Source: Patescibacteria group bacterium
GTDB lineage: Bacteria > Patescibacteriota > Patescibacteriia > JAHJFT01
Direction of reading: 5' to 3'
Assembly: GCA_028710985.1 (NCBI GenBank)
Contig: JAQTTB010000001.1
Span: 88,021-152,020, forward strand
DNA length: 64,000 nucleotides
The number at the start of each line of letters is the position of its first letter. Position 1 is the first letter of the stretch. The notes under the pieces are model-generated. The model had not been told where the DNA came from and ran no database searches. It saw nothing but the letters and a program-made list of their open reading frames with translations. Position numbers and translations under genes: made by a program. This document shows, in pieces, positions 47,931 to 57,102 of the stretch.

Positions 47931-49412
47931 ATGACCATCAATGATTTGCTGAAAATCGCCAAAGAGAACAACCCCAAAGCCGATTTGGACTCAATCCGGC
48001 TCGCTTTTGATTTTGCCGAGCAAGCTCATCATGGCCAAACCCGCCTCTCCGGAGAACCTTATATTGAACACTCTCTTGAAACCGCGAAAACCCTGGCCGA
48101 AATGAAACTCAATGTTCCGATTATCCAGGCCGGCCTACTGCACGACGTGCCGGAAGATACGGACACCACTCTTGAAGAAATTGAAAAAAATTTCGGCGCC
48201 GATGTCGCCCAGATGGTTATGGGGATTACCAAGCTCGGTAAAATCAAATACCGCGGTATGGACCGCTATATCGAAAATCTGCGCAAGATGTTCATCGCCA
48301 TGGCAAGCGACGTGCGCGTAATCTTTATTAAATTCGCCGACCGCATCCATAATCTCCGCACCCTCGACGTTCATTCGCCAAAAAAACGCTACCGAATCGC
48401 TCTAGAGTCTCTTGAAATTTACGCGCCGATCGCCAACCGACTCGGCATGGGTGAAATAAAGGGCACCCTTGAAGATTTATCATTCAAGTATGTATATCCA
48501 AAAGAATATCAATGGACAATCGGACTCATGACCGAACGGCGTGAGGTTAAGGAAAAATCCCTCAAGGATATAATAAAAAAAGCGCGCCACGAAATTGAAC
48601 AATCCGGCTTTAATATTATTGATATACACGGCCGCGCCAAGCATATCTATTCGCTTTATAAAAAACTACTCCGCTACGACCGCGACATTAATATGATTCA
48701 CGATCTGGTTGCCGTCCGCATCATCGTAGAAGACATCGCCGATTGCTACGGCGTGCTTGGTATTATCCACTCAAAATGGCCGCCAATGAAAGCGCGAATT
48801 AAAGATTACATCGCCCAGCCGAAACCCAACGGATATAAATCCCTGCACACCACGGTTTTCTGCGATAACGGAGAAATCGTTGAATTCCAAATCCGCACCG
48901 AAGGAATGCACGACGAAGCCGAACTTGGTATCGCCGCGCACTGGAACTATGAAGAGTCAATAAAATCCAAACGCCGCAGCGAAAAACAAATTCAGTGGGT
49001 GAATGAACTCGCCCAAATCCAGGAACAGCTCCAGTCCCGCACGCAGTATTTAAGAAATCTCGAGGACCTGAAGATTGATGTTTTCCAGACCCATATCTTT
49101 GTTATTACCCCAAAGGGCGATGTCATCGACCTGCCCGAAGATTCCACGCCGGTTGATTTTGCGTACGCGATTCACTCGGAAATCGGCGACAAATGCGTCG
49201 GCGTAAAAATCAACGGCGAAATGACGAATCTTGATACCCGGCTAAAGAGCGGCGACCTTGTGGAAATTATTATTGATAAAAAACGCAAAGGACCGAATCC
49301 CGATTGGTTAAAATTCGCCAAGACCTCCAGCGCCAAGGCGAAAATCCGCACCAAAACAAAAATAAAAATCACGGACTGGTTAAAATCCGTGATCCCTCCG
49401 ATGAAAAAATAG
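47931..49412 (+). CDS. rel: RelA/SpoT (p)ppGpp synthetase/hydrolase ending shortly after the TGS domain
   Basis: LLHDVPED, KFADRIHN, PKPNGYKSLHT, EFQIRT, TPVDFAY. Confidence 0.93.
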   Translation: MTINDLLKIAKENNPKADLDSIRLAFDFAEQAHHGQTRLSGEPYIEHSLETAKTLAEMKLNVPIIQAGLLHDVPEDTDTTLEEIEKNFGADVAQMVMGITKLGKIKYRGMDRYIENLRKMFIAMASDVRVIFIKFADRIHNLRTLDVHSPKKRYRIALESLEIYAPIANRLGMGEIKGTLEDLSFKYVYPKEYQWTIGLMTERREVKEKSLKDIIKKARHEIEQSGFNIIDIHGRAKHIYSLYKKLLRYDRDINMIHDLVAVRIIVEDIADCYGVLGIIHSKWPPMKARIKDYIAQPKPNGYKSLHTTVFCDNGEIVEFQIRTEGMHDEAELGIAAHWNYEESIKSKRRSEKQIQWVNELAQIQEQLQSRTQYLRNLEDLKIDVFQTHIFVITPKGDVIDLPEDSTPVDFAYAIHSEIGDKCVGVKINGEMTNLDTRLKSGDLVEIIIDKKRKGPNPDWLKFAKTSSAKAKIRTKTKIKITDWLKSVIPPMKK

Positions 49413-49414
49413 TA

Positions 49415-50281
49415 TCACTCCGTCAGCCGCAATATCAAATTATTGAACTCCTCGTCCGAATAATACTCAATGATAATCTGCCCGCCGTCGCGGCGTTTTT
49501 TTATTTCAACCTTGGTGCCGAGCGCGGTGCGCAGCGCGTCTTCCTTGGCCGCGAGATTCGGATCGCTCGCCGCCTCGGCCGAAACCCGGCCCATGCCGAC
49601 ACGCTTCTCCGTATCCCGAACCGTCATTTTATCGCGGATAATTTTCTTGAAAAGCTTGAGCTGAGCCCGCGGCGAATCGAGCGCGAGCAGGGTGCGGGCC
49701 TGCGTGTATGGCATCTCGCCGCTTGCCACCGCTTCCTGAATTTCAAGCGGCAGATCCAGGAGCCGGACAAAATTCGCGACCTGCGGCCGGCTCTTGCCCA
49801 CGCGCTTTGCCACCTCTTCCTGCGTCAGGCTGAATTCATCAATCAGACGCTTATAAGCCTTTGCCTCTTCCATGGGATTTAAATCCTGGCGCTGGATGTT
49901 CTCAATAAGCGCGAATTCCAGTTTTTGCTGGTCCTTGACCGTGCGCACAACTGCCGGCACGGTGCGGAGTCCGGCCATCTTTGCGGCGCGCCACCGGCGC
50001 TCGCCGGCAATAAGTTCATATTTATCATCCTTGGGGCTCAAAATCAGGGGCTGGAGGATGCCATGCTCCTTGATTGACGCAATAAGATCCTCCATTTCGT
50101 CATGATGGAAGCTTTCGCGCGGCTGGTGCGGATTGGGAACAATATCTTCAATCAAAATTTCCGCGATTTCCCGTCCCGTCGCCACCGGCCGCTTTGCATC
50201 ACCCGCCGCCTCAGCGGACGGTGAGCTAGATGGAATAAGCGAACTGAGTCCGCGTCCGAGTCCTCCTTTGCCTAGCATCAT
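49415..50281 (-). CDS. parB: Chromosome partitioning protein ParB
   Basis: GLGRGL, AGERRWRA, ENIQRQDL. Confidence 0.96.
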   Translation of the reverse strand: MMLGKGGLGRGLSSLIPSSSPSAEAAGDAKRPVATGREIAEILIEDIVPNPHQPRESFHHDEMEDLIASIKEHGILQPLILSPKDDKYELIAGERRWRAAKMAGLRTVPAVVRTVKDQQKLEFALIENIQRQDLNPMEEAKAYKRLIDEFSLTQEEVAKRVGKSRPQVANFVRLLDLPLEIQEAVASGEMPYTQARTLLALDSPRAQLKLFKKIIRDKMTVRDTEKRVGMGRVSAEAASDPNLAAKEDALRTALGTKVEIKKRRDGGQIIIEYYSDEEFNNLILRLTE

Positions 50282-50299
50282 AAAATATTAAACAAGATA

Positions 50300-51091
50300 T
50301 TAAAATGAGTTTTGATTTCCTTCTCCGCCGCGCTCCTGAAGCAAAAACTCTTTTGCGAGTCTTTCGTACGCGCGCGCTCCCCGGCTCGTTGGATCATAAT
50401 GCAGGATTGAACGGCCGTAGCTCGGCGCTTCGGCCAAGCGCACGGACCGGGGAATTACGGAACGATAAATTTTATTTGGAAAATACTTGTACAATTCCTG
50501 AAAAACCTCGTTAGAGAGGTTGGTCCGCGGGTCAAACATGGTCACCACCGCGCCGCGCACATTAAGATTTGGCTGGAGATGCTCCTTGACGAGGTTCACG
50601 GTGTTCAGGAGCTGGCCCAAACCCTCAAGCGCGTAATATTCTGACTGCACCGGTATGAGCACCTGGTCGGCGGCCGAAAGGCCGTTGATGGTTAAGAGCC
50701 CGAGCGACGGCGGACAATCAATCAAAATATAATCATAGTCATTCCGGATCTCAAGCAAGGCGTCGCGCAGGCGGTATTCACGATTTTCCGCGTTTACAAG
50801 TTCCACGCTCGCGCCCGCGAGATTAAGATTTGCCGGCGCCACGCGGTAACCCTCCTGCTCGGTCGGCTTGATTACGTCCCTGACTTTATGCTCGCCGATC
50901 AAAACTTCATAAATGCCCTTGTCCAGATTTTGATAATCAATGCCCAGCCCCGAGGTCGCGTTGGCCTGCGGGTCCATATCCACGAGCAAAATAAATTTGC
51001 CCATTGCCGCAAGATACGCGCCGAGGTTTACGGCCGTCGTTGTCTTTCCGACTCCCCCTTTTTGATTCACCACGGTAATAATTTGCGCCAT
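50300..51091 (-). CDS. parA: Chromosome partitioning ATPase ParA/Soj
   Basis: NQKGGVGKTT, DPQAN, IDCPPSLG. Confidence 0.96.
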   Translation of the reverse strand: MAQIITVVNQKGGVGKTTTAVNLGAYLAAMGKFILLVDMDPQANATSGLGIDYQNLDKGIYEVLIGEHKVRDVIKPTEQEGYRVAPANLNLAGASVELVNAENREYRLRDALLEIRNDYDYILIDCPPSLGLLTINGLSAADQVLIPVQSEYYALEGLGQLLNTVNLVKEHLQPNLNVRGAVVTMFDPRTNLSNEVFQELYKYFPNKIYRSVIPRSVRLAEAPSYGRSILHYDPTSRGARAYERLAKEFLLQERGGEGNQNSF

Positions 51092-51181
51092 ATTGCTTAA
51101 AGTATAGCCAAAACCGCCGAATTTGGCAAGCATTGACTTTTATGTAAAAATAGGCTATAATCGCAAACATACTGGCACGAA

Positions 51182-51268
51182 GCCGGAGTGGTGGAATGGT
51201 AGACACGCACGACTCAAAATCGTGTGAGGTAACCCCTCATGAGGGTTCAAGTCCCTCCTCCGGCACCA
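51182..51268 (+). tRNA. tRNA-Leu(CAA)
   Basis: Cloverleaf with long variable arm; CCA encoded. Confidence 0.96.
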
Positions 51269-51311
51269 TGATTGACAATACGACGTAAATATAATAGAAT
51301 TCAAACTACAT

Positions 51312-51387
51312 CGCGGGGTAGAGCAGTTGGCAGCTCGCCAGGCCCATAACCTGGAGGTCGCTGGTTCAAGTCCAGCCCCCGCAACCA
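51312..51387 (+). tRNA. Initiator tRNA-fMet(CAT)
   Basis: C1:A72 mismatch, A11:U24, CAT anticodon. Confidence 0.93.
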
Positions 51388-51458
51388 AAAATATCTCATC
51401 CCCATGATGGGATTTTTTTGATAAAAAATACTCCGAATCAAGTTAGATCCGGAGCCGG

Positions 51459-51623
51459 TCAGTCGTCACTCTTATTTCCCCACCTGCTTATGGCGTAAAT
51501 GTAGCCTGTGAAGATGATTGCCATGATGCCGAGGACGCTCCCCGCGATCGCCAGGTCTTTCGCCGATATTTCTGTACAGCCAGTAGTGAGAAGGGAGAAA
51601 AGAGCAATTATCCGCCCTCTCAT
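51459..51623 (-). CDS. 54-aa small membrane/lipoprotein-like orphan
   Basis: Below the ORF-track cutoff: MRGRIIALFSLLTTGCTEISAKDLAIAGSVLGIMAIIFTGYIYAISRWGNKSDD; SD AAAGGAGG; promoter TTGACA-17-TATATT. Confidence 0.6.
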   Translation of the reverse strand: MRGRIIALFSLLTTGCTEISAKDLAIAGSVLGIMAIIFTGYIYAISRWGNKSDD

Positions 51624-51760
51624 GTTTTCCTCCTTTGAAAATCATTGCTGACTTTCAAGGACATAATATACCACTTTAATGGTTTTTTGTCAATTGCCCC
51701 TTCTCCCCCATTTCTTGCAAAAAATAGCCAATTTTGCTATCATTTTATTGTAATTTTTAC

Positions 51761-51837
51761 GGCGGGGTAGCTCAGTTGGTTAGAGCGAAGGACTCATAAG
51801 CCTTAGGTCGTGGGTTCGATCCCCACCCCCGCTACCA
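51761..51837 (+). tRNA. tRNA-Met(CAT), probably elongator
   Basis: GGCGGGG...CTCATAA...TTCGATC...CCCCGCT-ACCA; Ile2 not strictly excluded. Confidence 0.9.
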
Positions 51838-51847
51838 ATATTTTTCT

Positions 51848-52315
51848 ATGCTTATCGTCACTCATGCGATCACCGGCGCGGTTGTCGGCCAATTGGTAAA
51901 AAATTCATATATAAGTTTTCTCGCAAGCCTGGTCTTGCATTTTTTGATGGATATTATTCCGCACGGCGACACCGAAGAGTGCCGCCATTATCGCGAAACC
52001 AACCGCGTTTCAAAAAAACTTTTCTACCAGCTCGCCTTCGATATCATCATCATGACTGCCCTTGCCGCCTACTTGTTAATTTTTAAAATACAGGGCTATT
52101 GGTGGCCCACGCTTGCCGGAATCTTGGGCGGCATCCTTCCGGACATGATCGTTGCTTTTCATGAATATAAACCGAATCGCATTACCGCGCCGATCCACTG
52201 GATCCACTTCTGGTGTCATAACATCATCACCGACCGGGCAAAAGACATTCGGCTTCGTTACGCAATAATCCTGCAGCTCGTTGCCATCACGGTCATAATC
52301 GCCCAATTTTTATAA
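51848..52315 (+). CDS. Membrane protein resembling metal-dependent hydrolases
   Basis: THAITG, HFLMDIIPH, LPD, HxxHxxxH. Confidence 0.65.
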   Translation: MLIVTHAITGAVVGQLVKNSYISFLASLVLHFLMDIIPHGDTEECRHYRETNRVSKKLFYQLAFDIIIMTALAAYLLIFKIQGYWWPTLAGILGGILPDMIVAFHEYKPNRITAPIHWIHFWCHNIITDRAKDIRLRYAIILQLVAITVIIAQFL

Positions 52316-52318
52316 AAA

Positions 52319-52360
52319 TAAAAACGCAGGGGTCGCATATATGCGACCCCTGCGTTTTTT
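52319..52360. terminator. Perfect palindrome serving as a bidirectional terminator
   Basis: AAAAAACGCAGGGGTCGCATATATGCGACCCCTGCGTTTTTT between convergent genes. Confidence 0.85.
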
Positions 52361-53553
52361 TATTGCAATTTTCTATAAACCTCAACCGTTTTTATTGCCG
52401 CGGTCTTCCAGCTGAATTCCAGCGCCTTGGCTCTGCCGAGCTCCGAATACCGGTTGCGCAATTCCTTATCTCTCAAATAATCGGTTAATGCCTTTTTCAT
52501 CTCGCCGATATCCTCCGGATTGGTGAGCACTGCCGCGCCGGCCGCGACTTCCGGAATTGACGAAACATTGGATGATATTACCGGAACCCCGAGTTTCATG
52601 GCCTCGAGCACCGGCAGGCCGAAGCCCTCGTACAGAGAAGGAAACACAAAAAATAAACAGCACGCCATCAGCGGAAATTTATCTCCGTGCGGAACATATC
52701 CCAGGTACCGCACGAGGGGTGCTCCGATCTTCGCCTTTGCCAAAATATTTATTTCATCCATTTTGTCAAAAAGCTCCTGAAACTTCCATCCCTTGACGCC
52801 GGCAATCAGATATTCTTTGCCGCGCAAAAGTTCGGGCGTTTCTTCAAGCATGTTCTTCAGCGCATCAATAACTAAAATCAAATTCTTTCTCGGCTCAAGC
52901 GTTCCGAGGCTCAGAATATATTCGCTTTTAATATCGTATTTATTTTTTATGGGCTGGCTCAGCCGGCAAAGTCCGTCCTGGCCCATTTCTCCGGGAAGTT
53001 CAACGCCCTCATATATCACGTGAATAATTTCCGGATTAACATGAAAAAGTTGGATGAGATCGCGTTTCGTGGATTCGGAAACCGTGATTATCCGGCTTGC
53101 CGCGGCAACCGCCTTGGGCACGAGCATTTTCGTGGAAACGCTTTTTGAAACGCGCCCGTCCGGAAACCACTCCGGATGCTTGTATATCGCAAGATCATGC
53201 ACCGTGATTACCGTTTTCCCGCGGTAGGTATAGGGCATAATGCCCGACGGCGCGTGAAAAACATCAAGGCTGTCGCGGCCCAGAAAACCGGAAACCAGTA
53301 TATGGGAATACGCAAACGGCAAAAATTTCTTGTATTCATGAAAAGGAAAACGGCGCGTCTTAACATTCGGCGCGCCGCTCGTCACCTCCAGTATCGCGTC
53401 ATCGGTGATCAGATCGTCAAAATATAAAAAATACTCGTTTTCCTGGTCAATCCTCAATATATTTTTTACCAGATAATACGTATAATGGCCGACTCCGGCG
53501 CCTTCGCCGAAACCGGGATTAAGTATTGTCCGGCAATCAATGCCGATTCTCAT
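52360..53553 (-). CDS. GT-B glycosyltransferase (GT4 family)
   Basis: TVHDL, GTLEPRKN, EGFGLPVLEAM; start reassigned to MRIGID. Confidence 0.93.
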   Translation of the reverse strand: MRIGIDCRTILNPGFGEGAGVGHYTYYLVKNILRIDQENEYFLYFDDLITDDAILEVTSGAPNVKTRRFPFHEYKKFLPFAYSHILVSGFLGRDSLDVFHAPSGIMPYTYRGKTVITVHDLAIYKHPEWFPDGRVSKSVSTKMLVPKAVAAASRIITVSESTKRDLIQLFHVNPEIIHVIYEGVELPGEMGQDGLCRLSQPIKNKYDIKSEYILSLGTLEPRKNLILVIDALKNMLEETPELLRGKEYLIAGVKGWKFQELFDKMDEINILAKAKIGAPLVRYLGYVPHGDKFPLMACCLFFVFPSLYEGFGLPVLEAMKLGVPVISSNVSSIPEVAAGAAVLTNPEDIGEMKKALTDYLRDKELRNRYSELGRAKALEFSWKTAAIKTVEVYRKLQ

Positions 53554-54047
53554 AATAAGAACCTTAAAAAAGAAAACACGCCGAGATAAATAAGCGTCAC
53601 GATTATTGCCGCGCCGAGCGCTCCGAGCGAAAGCAGCAAAATTGCTCGCGTCTTCGGGATGCCGAAAATAAATGCCGCCACCGCGCCGGTCCAAACGCCG
53701 GTAACTGGAAGCGGGATTGCCACGAACACCACGAGCGCGAGGGATCCGAGTTTTTCGTGCTGCCCCCAGAATTTCTCATGCGTTCTCCGGAAAAGCCATT
53801 CAAAAAATTTTTTAAATGCTTTTGAATGAGCGGAGAGTGTGCGCGAAACGAAATTCAGGGCAAAAACCCAGAAGATTCCCGGAATAATATTGCCGAGCCA
53901 GGCCCAGAAAAATGCGGATGGCACCGAAAGGTTAAAAACTCCCAGGGCAATCGGGATCGCGCCGCGGAGTTCGGCAATCGGCGTCATCGCGATAAAAAAA
54001 GTGATCAGCTCCGGCGGGATATTTAAATTCAAAAACCATTCAATCAT
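53550..54047 (-). CDS. Small multidrug export family membrane protein (COG2426-like)
   Basis: PIAELRGAIP, FVAIPLPVTGVWTG. Confidence 0.88.
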   Translation of the reverse strand: MIEWFLNLNIPPELITFFIAMTPIAELRGAIPIALGVFNLSVPSAFFWAWLGNIIPGIFWVFALNFVSRTLSAHSKAFKKFFEWLFRRTHEKFWGQHEKLGSLALVVFVAIPLPVTGVWTGAVAAFIFGIPKTRAILLLSLGALGAAIIVTLIYLGVFSFLRFLL

Positions 54048-54048
54048 C

Positions 54049-55029
54049 TTATTCCTGCCATTTATAATTACTGAACGTCCACCAGGCGAGAGACTTCACG
54101 TCCTGGAATCTCGAATCGTCATCGCGGCTGCCGAGAGATACGATTATTATGGCATTGCCTTCATTCTCCACTGCCATGGCAAGGCAGTAGCCGGCGGCCG
54201 GAAGCGAACCGGTTTTTGCCGCCACGATTGAGTAAGGCGGCTGGTTAATAAATGACGACAAGAGTTCATCCGTATTTTTTATATAATGATATTTCCCGCT
54301 CGTCGAATAGAATTCATAACTTTTTATTTTTGCGGCCTGACGAATGTCGTCATAATCGAAAGCTTCTTTTAAAATTTTCGTTACCTCGAGCGCCGTGGAT
54401 CTATTTCCCGAGCCAAGCCCGACCGGATCGGCAAAATGCGTTTTTTCAAGGCCCATCTCGGCCGCTTTCGCGTTCATCGCCTCAACAAATTCATCCTTGC
54501 TCATCTCGAGAGAAAGCGCGAGATTTTCCGCGGCCGTATTATCCGACCCGATGAGGGCGGAATATAAAAGATCCTTCGCCCCAACCTTCTCGCCGGCATA
54601 AAAATCATTATTTCCGATGTCCAGACGGTTTTTGATCTCCAGGACCCGGTACATATCCTGATTTTTTTCCAGAAAAATCAGCGCCGTCATAAGTTTGGTA
54701 ATACTCGCAATCGACCGAACATTGTCAGGATTTTTTTCAAAAAGTATTTTGCCGCTTGCCAAATCCGCGACGATCGCGCTCGGCGCCGTAATGACAACGC
54801 CAAGACTCTGGTCGCCAGTCCTTTGCGGCGCCCTGACGCTTGCCGCCTGGGGCAGTGCCGCGGCCGCAACATCCTTGGCCGCCGGCAGCTCATTTTCCCA
54901 TGAAATAACGCCGCTCACAATCTCGACGGTTGCCGTACCGGGATGCACCGCCACCTCGGTCCAGGCGCCCGGCACGAGCTGAAAAGCCACGGCCGCAATG
55001 ATTAAATTTCCGATTGCCTTAAATATCAT
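54049..55029 (-). CDS. D-Ala-D-Ala carboxypeptidase (peptidase S11)
   Basis: ASITK, SDN and KTG motifs. Confidence 0.9.
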   Translation of the reverse strand: MIFKAIGNLIIAAVAFQLVPGAWTEVAVHPGTATVEIVSGVISWENELPAAKDVAAAALPQAASVRAPQRTGDQSLGVVITAPSAIVADLASGKILFEKNPDNVRSIASITKLMTALIFLEKNQDMYRVLEIKNRLDIGNNDFYAGEKVGAKDLLYSALIGSDNTAAENLALSLEMSKDEFVEAMNAKAAEMGLEKTHFADPVGLGSGNRSTALEVTKILKEAFDYDDIRQAAKIKSYEFYSTSGKYHYIKNTDELLSSFINQPPYSIVAAKTGSLPAAGYCLAMAVENEGNAIIIVSLGSRDDDSRFQDVKSLAWWTFSNYKWQE

Positions 55030-55031
55030 AA

Positions 55032-55580
55032 TTATTTTTCTTCCTGAAGCGCTTCCAGGGCTTTTTCAACAAATTCATGATGCCGCAAATTTTCATAATC
55101 CGGCAGCCCGCTCATGCTTGAAATTCCCAGAAAACGCATAAAATCAAAAGTCACCGAATATACCGTGGACTGGCGCTCGGCGTCCTCCTGGGCCTCAATC
55201 AGGCCGCGCGTCAAAAGATTCCGCAAAATCAAACTGCAATTCACGCCGCGGATCTGTTCAATCTCCGGCTTGGTCAGCGGACCACGATAAGCGATTATGG
55301 CGAGGGTTTCAAGCGACGGCCGGGTCAGCTCGCCGGTCGCCTCATCCTGCAAATAAGCCTGAACCGATTTTGCGTTATCCGGACTGGACATCATCTGGTA
55401 TTCCTTGCCCTTTTTTAAAACATGCACGCCGCTTTCCGCCGAGTTGTATCTTTCCATGATATTCGGCATTTCCTCCTCAATTTTTTCCGGCTCGACGCCC
55501 AAAACCTGCGCGAGCCGCGTTGCCGTAATCGGCTTATTGGTGACAAAGAGAATTGATTCGATTTGCGACGAAAGACTCAT
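55032..55580 (-). CDS. scpB: SMC-Scp complex subunit ScpB
   Basis: LETLAIIAY, IEQIRGVN. Confidence 0.95.
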   Translation of the reverse strand: MSLSSQIESILFVTNKPITATRLAQVLGVEPEKIEEEMPNIMERYNSAESGVHVLKKGKEYQMMSSPDNAKSVQAYLQDEATGELTRPSLETLAIIAYRGPLTKPEIEQIRGVNCSLILRNLLTRGLIEAQEDAERQSTVYSVTFDFMRFLGISSMSGLPDYENLRHHEFVEKALEALQEEK

Positions 55581-55583
55581 ATA

Positions 55584-56282
55584 TTATATTTTTTGAATGG
55601 TTATGTCTTCAAAAATTTTTTCCTGGGATGTCTGCACGACGCGCTGTTTTATGAGTTCAAGCAGGGCAAGAAAACTGACGATGACCTCGGTTTTATTCCT
55701 CGCCGATTTCAAAACCTGGCTGAAACTCGCCCTTACCGCGTTTGAAATAAGATTCCTGATGTGCTCGATCTTTTCGGTGATGGAAATTGTTTTCTTCAAA
55801 GCCTCGTTCGGCAAAGAAATAAACGGTTCAAGCTTTCGCGCGATTTTTTCAAACATTTCGCAAAGCATGCCGGCGTTAATATCATTGGGCGGGAAAAAGC
55901 CGATGACTTCATTTGCCGCGAGTCTCTCGCGGCCGTACGACCAGCGCCCCGAGCGGATCATTGAGTTAATTTTTTTGGATGCTTCGACAAACTCCCGGTA
56001 CATTTTAAGCTGCGTTTCCAGGTCCAGGCCGTCATCGTCGTCAAATACGAGATTCGGCATCAGGAGTTTTGATTTGACGAGTATCAACTTCGCCGCAATA
56101 ACTAAAAAATCCGCCAGCTCCTCCGGATGAATAGCCGGCGAATTATTAATGTGCTGCAAATAATCGTCCGTCACCTTTGCGAGCGAAACCTTTGTAATAT
56201 CCAGCTCTTCTTTCTCAATCAGCTGCAGAAGCAAATCAAGCGGCCCTTCAAACTGTTCAATTTCTACTTTATATTCGTTCAT
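55584..56282 (-). CDS. scpA: Segregation/condensation protein A
   Basis: FEGPLDLLLQLI, FLALLEL. Confidence 0.95.
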   Translation of the reverse strand: MNEYKVEIEQFEGPLDLLLQLIEKEELDITKVSLAKVTDDYLQHINNSPAIHPEELADFLVIAAKLILVKSKLLMPNLVFDDDDGLDLETQLKMYREFVEASKKINSMIRSGRWSYGRERLAANEVIGFFPPNDINAGMLCEMFEKIARKLEPFISLPNEALKKTISITEKIEHIRNLISNAVRASFSQVLKSARNKTEVIVSFLALLELIKQRVVQTSQEKIFEDITIQKI

Positions 56283-56285
56283 GTC

Positions 56286-56789
56286 TTATTTCTTCTTTTT
56301 CTTTTTTTGCGCCTTGCGGACTTCAATCAGTTTGCCGAACGCGCCGACTGCCGCGTCTTCAAGCTCCTTAATGTCTTTAATTTTCATGCGGAGCGATTCC
56401 GTATAACTGCCGGCGCGCACCACCGCATTATCCGCCCGCGCGATTCCCTTATCAATCGCCACATCAATTTTATGAAGAGCGCCGAAAGGCGTGAGCGTCC
56501 CGGGCTCAAAACCGAACAGTTTTTTCATTACGCCTTCTTTGGCAATCTCCGCGGTCTTTGCCTTGTAAAATTTCTTCACGGCCGCAAGATCGAGCTTAAA
56601 ATGGGCCGGCAGGACAATCAGCACGTATCTCTTATCAACCTTGACGAGAAGCGTCTTGGCGATATTTTTCATTTTCTCTTTTAACGTGGCCGCGAGATCA
56701 TACGCCGTAAATACGGTCTTATGCGCCAGCACCTCGTATTTTATCTTTGCCTTGTCCAGATAATTCGTTACCTTCTTTGGGATTGCCAT
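56286..56789 (-). CDS. YbaK/EbsC family aminoacyl-tRNA deacylase-like protein
   Basis: IAKTLLVK, PGTLTPFG, AGSYTES. Confidence 0.85.
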   Translation of the reverse strand: MAIPKKVTNYLDKAKIKYEVLAHKTVFTAYDLAATLKEKMKNIAKTLLVKVDKRYVLIVLPAHFKLDLAAVKKFYKAKTAEIAKEGVMKKLFGFEPGTLTPFGALHKIDVAIDKGIARADNAVVRAGSYTESLRMKIKDIKELEDAAVGAFGKLIEVRKAQKKKKKK

Positions 56790-56790
56790 A

Positions 56791-57099
56791 TTATTTATTA
56801 TTAATATTTATCGGAAGCCGCTGCTGCGAGCCGAATATGCTCTTTGCCGCGCGGCGGCCGCCCGGTGTCAACACGATTGTTTTAATGAAAAATTTTTCCG
56901 CGGTCCTGGCTCCGTTTCCGACAATCAGCGACTCGGCGATCATTTTTTCCAGCGCCTTGGTAATCGCGTTGATTTTATCTTCAAGACTCGGCGCTCCTTT
57001 CTTGCCCTTGTAATAGTCAAAAAACACGTCGCGCGATACCGGACCCCGCCGCGAACGGCAGACGATCAGAATATATTTTTGCAGAGGCCCGAGCCGCAT
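56791..57099 (-). CDS. Small basic hypothetical protein (possible winged helix)
   Basis: In operon; LTPGGR near the C-terminus. Confidence 0.6.
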   Translation of the reverse strand: MRLGPLQKYILIVCRSRRGPVSRDVFFDYYKGKKGAPSLEDKINAITKALEKMIAESLIVGNGARTAEKFFIKTIVLTPGGRRAAKSIFGSQQRLPININNK

Positions 57100-57102
57100 A
57101 TA

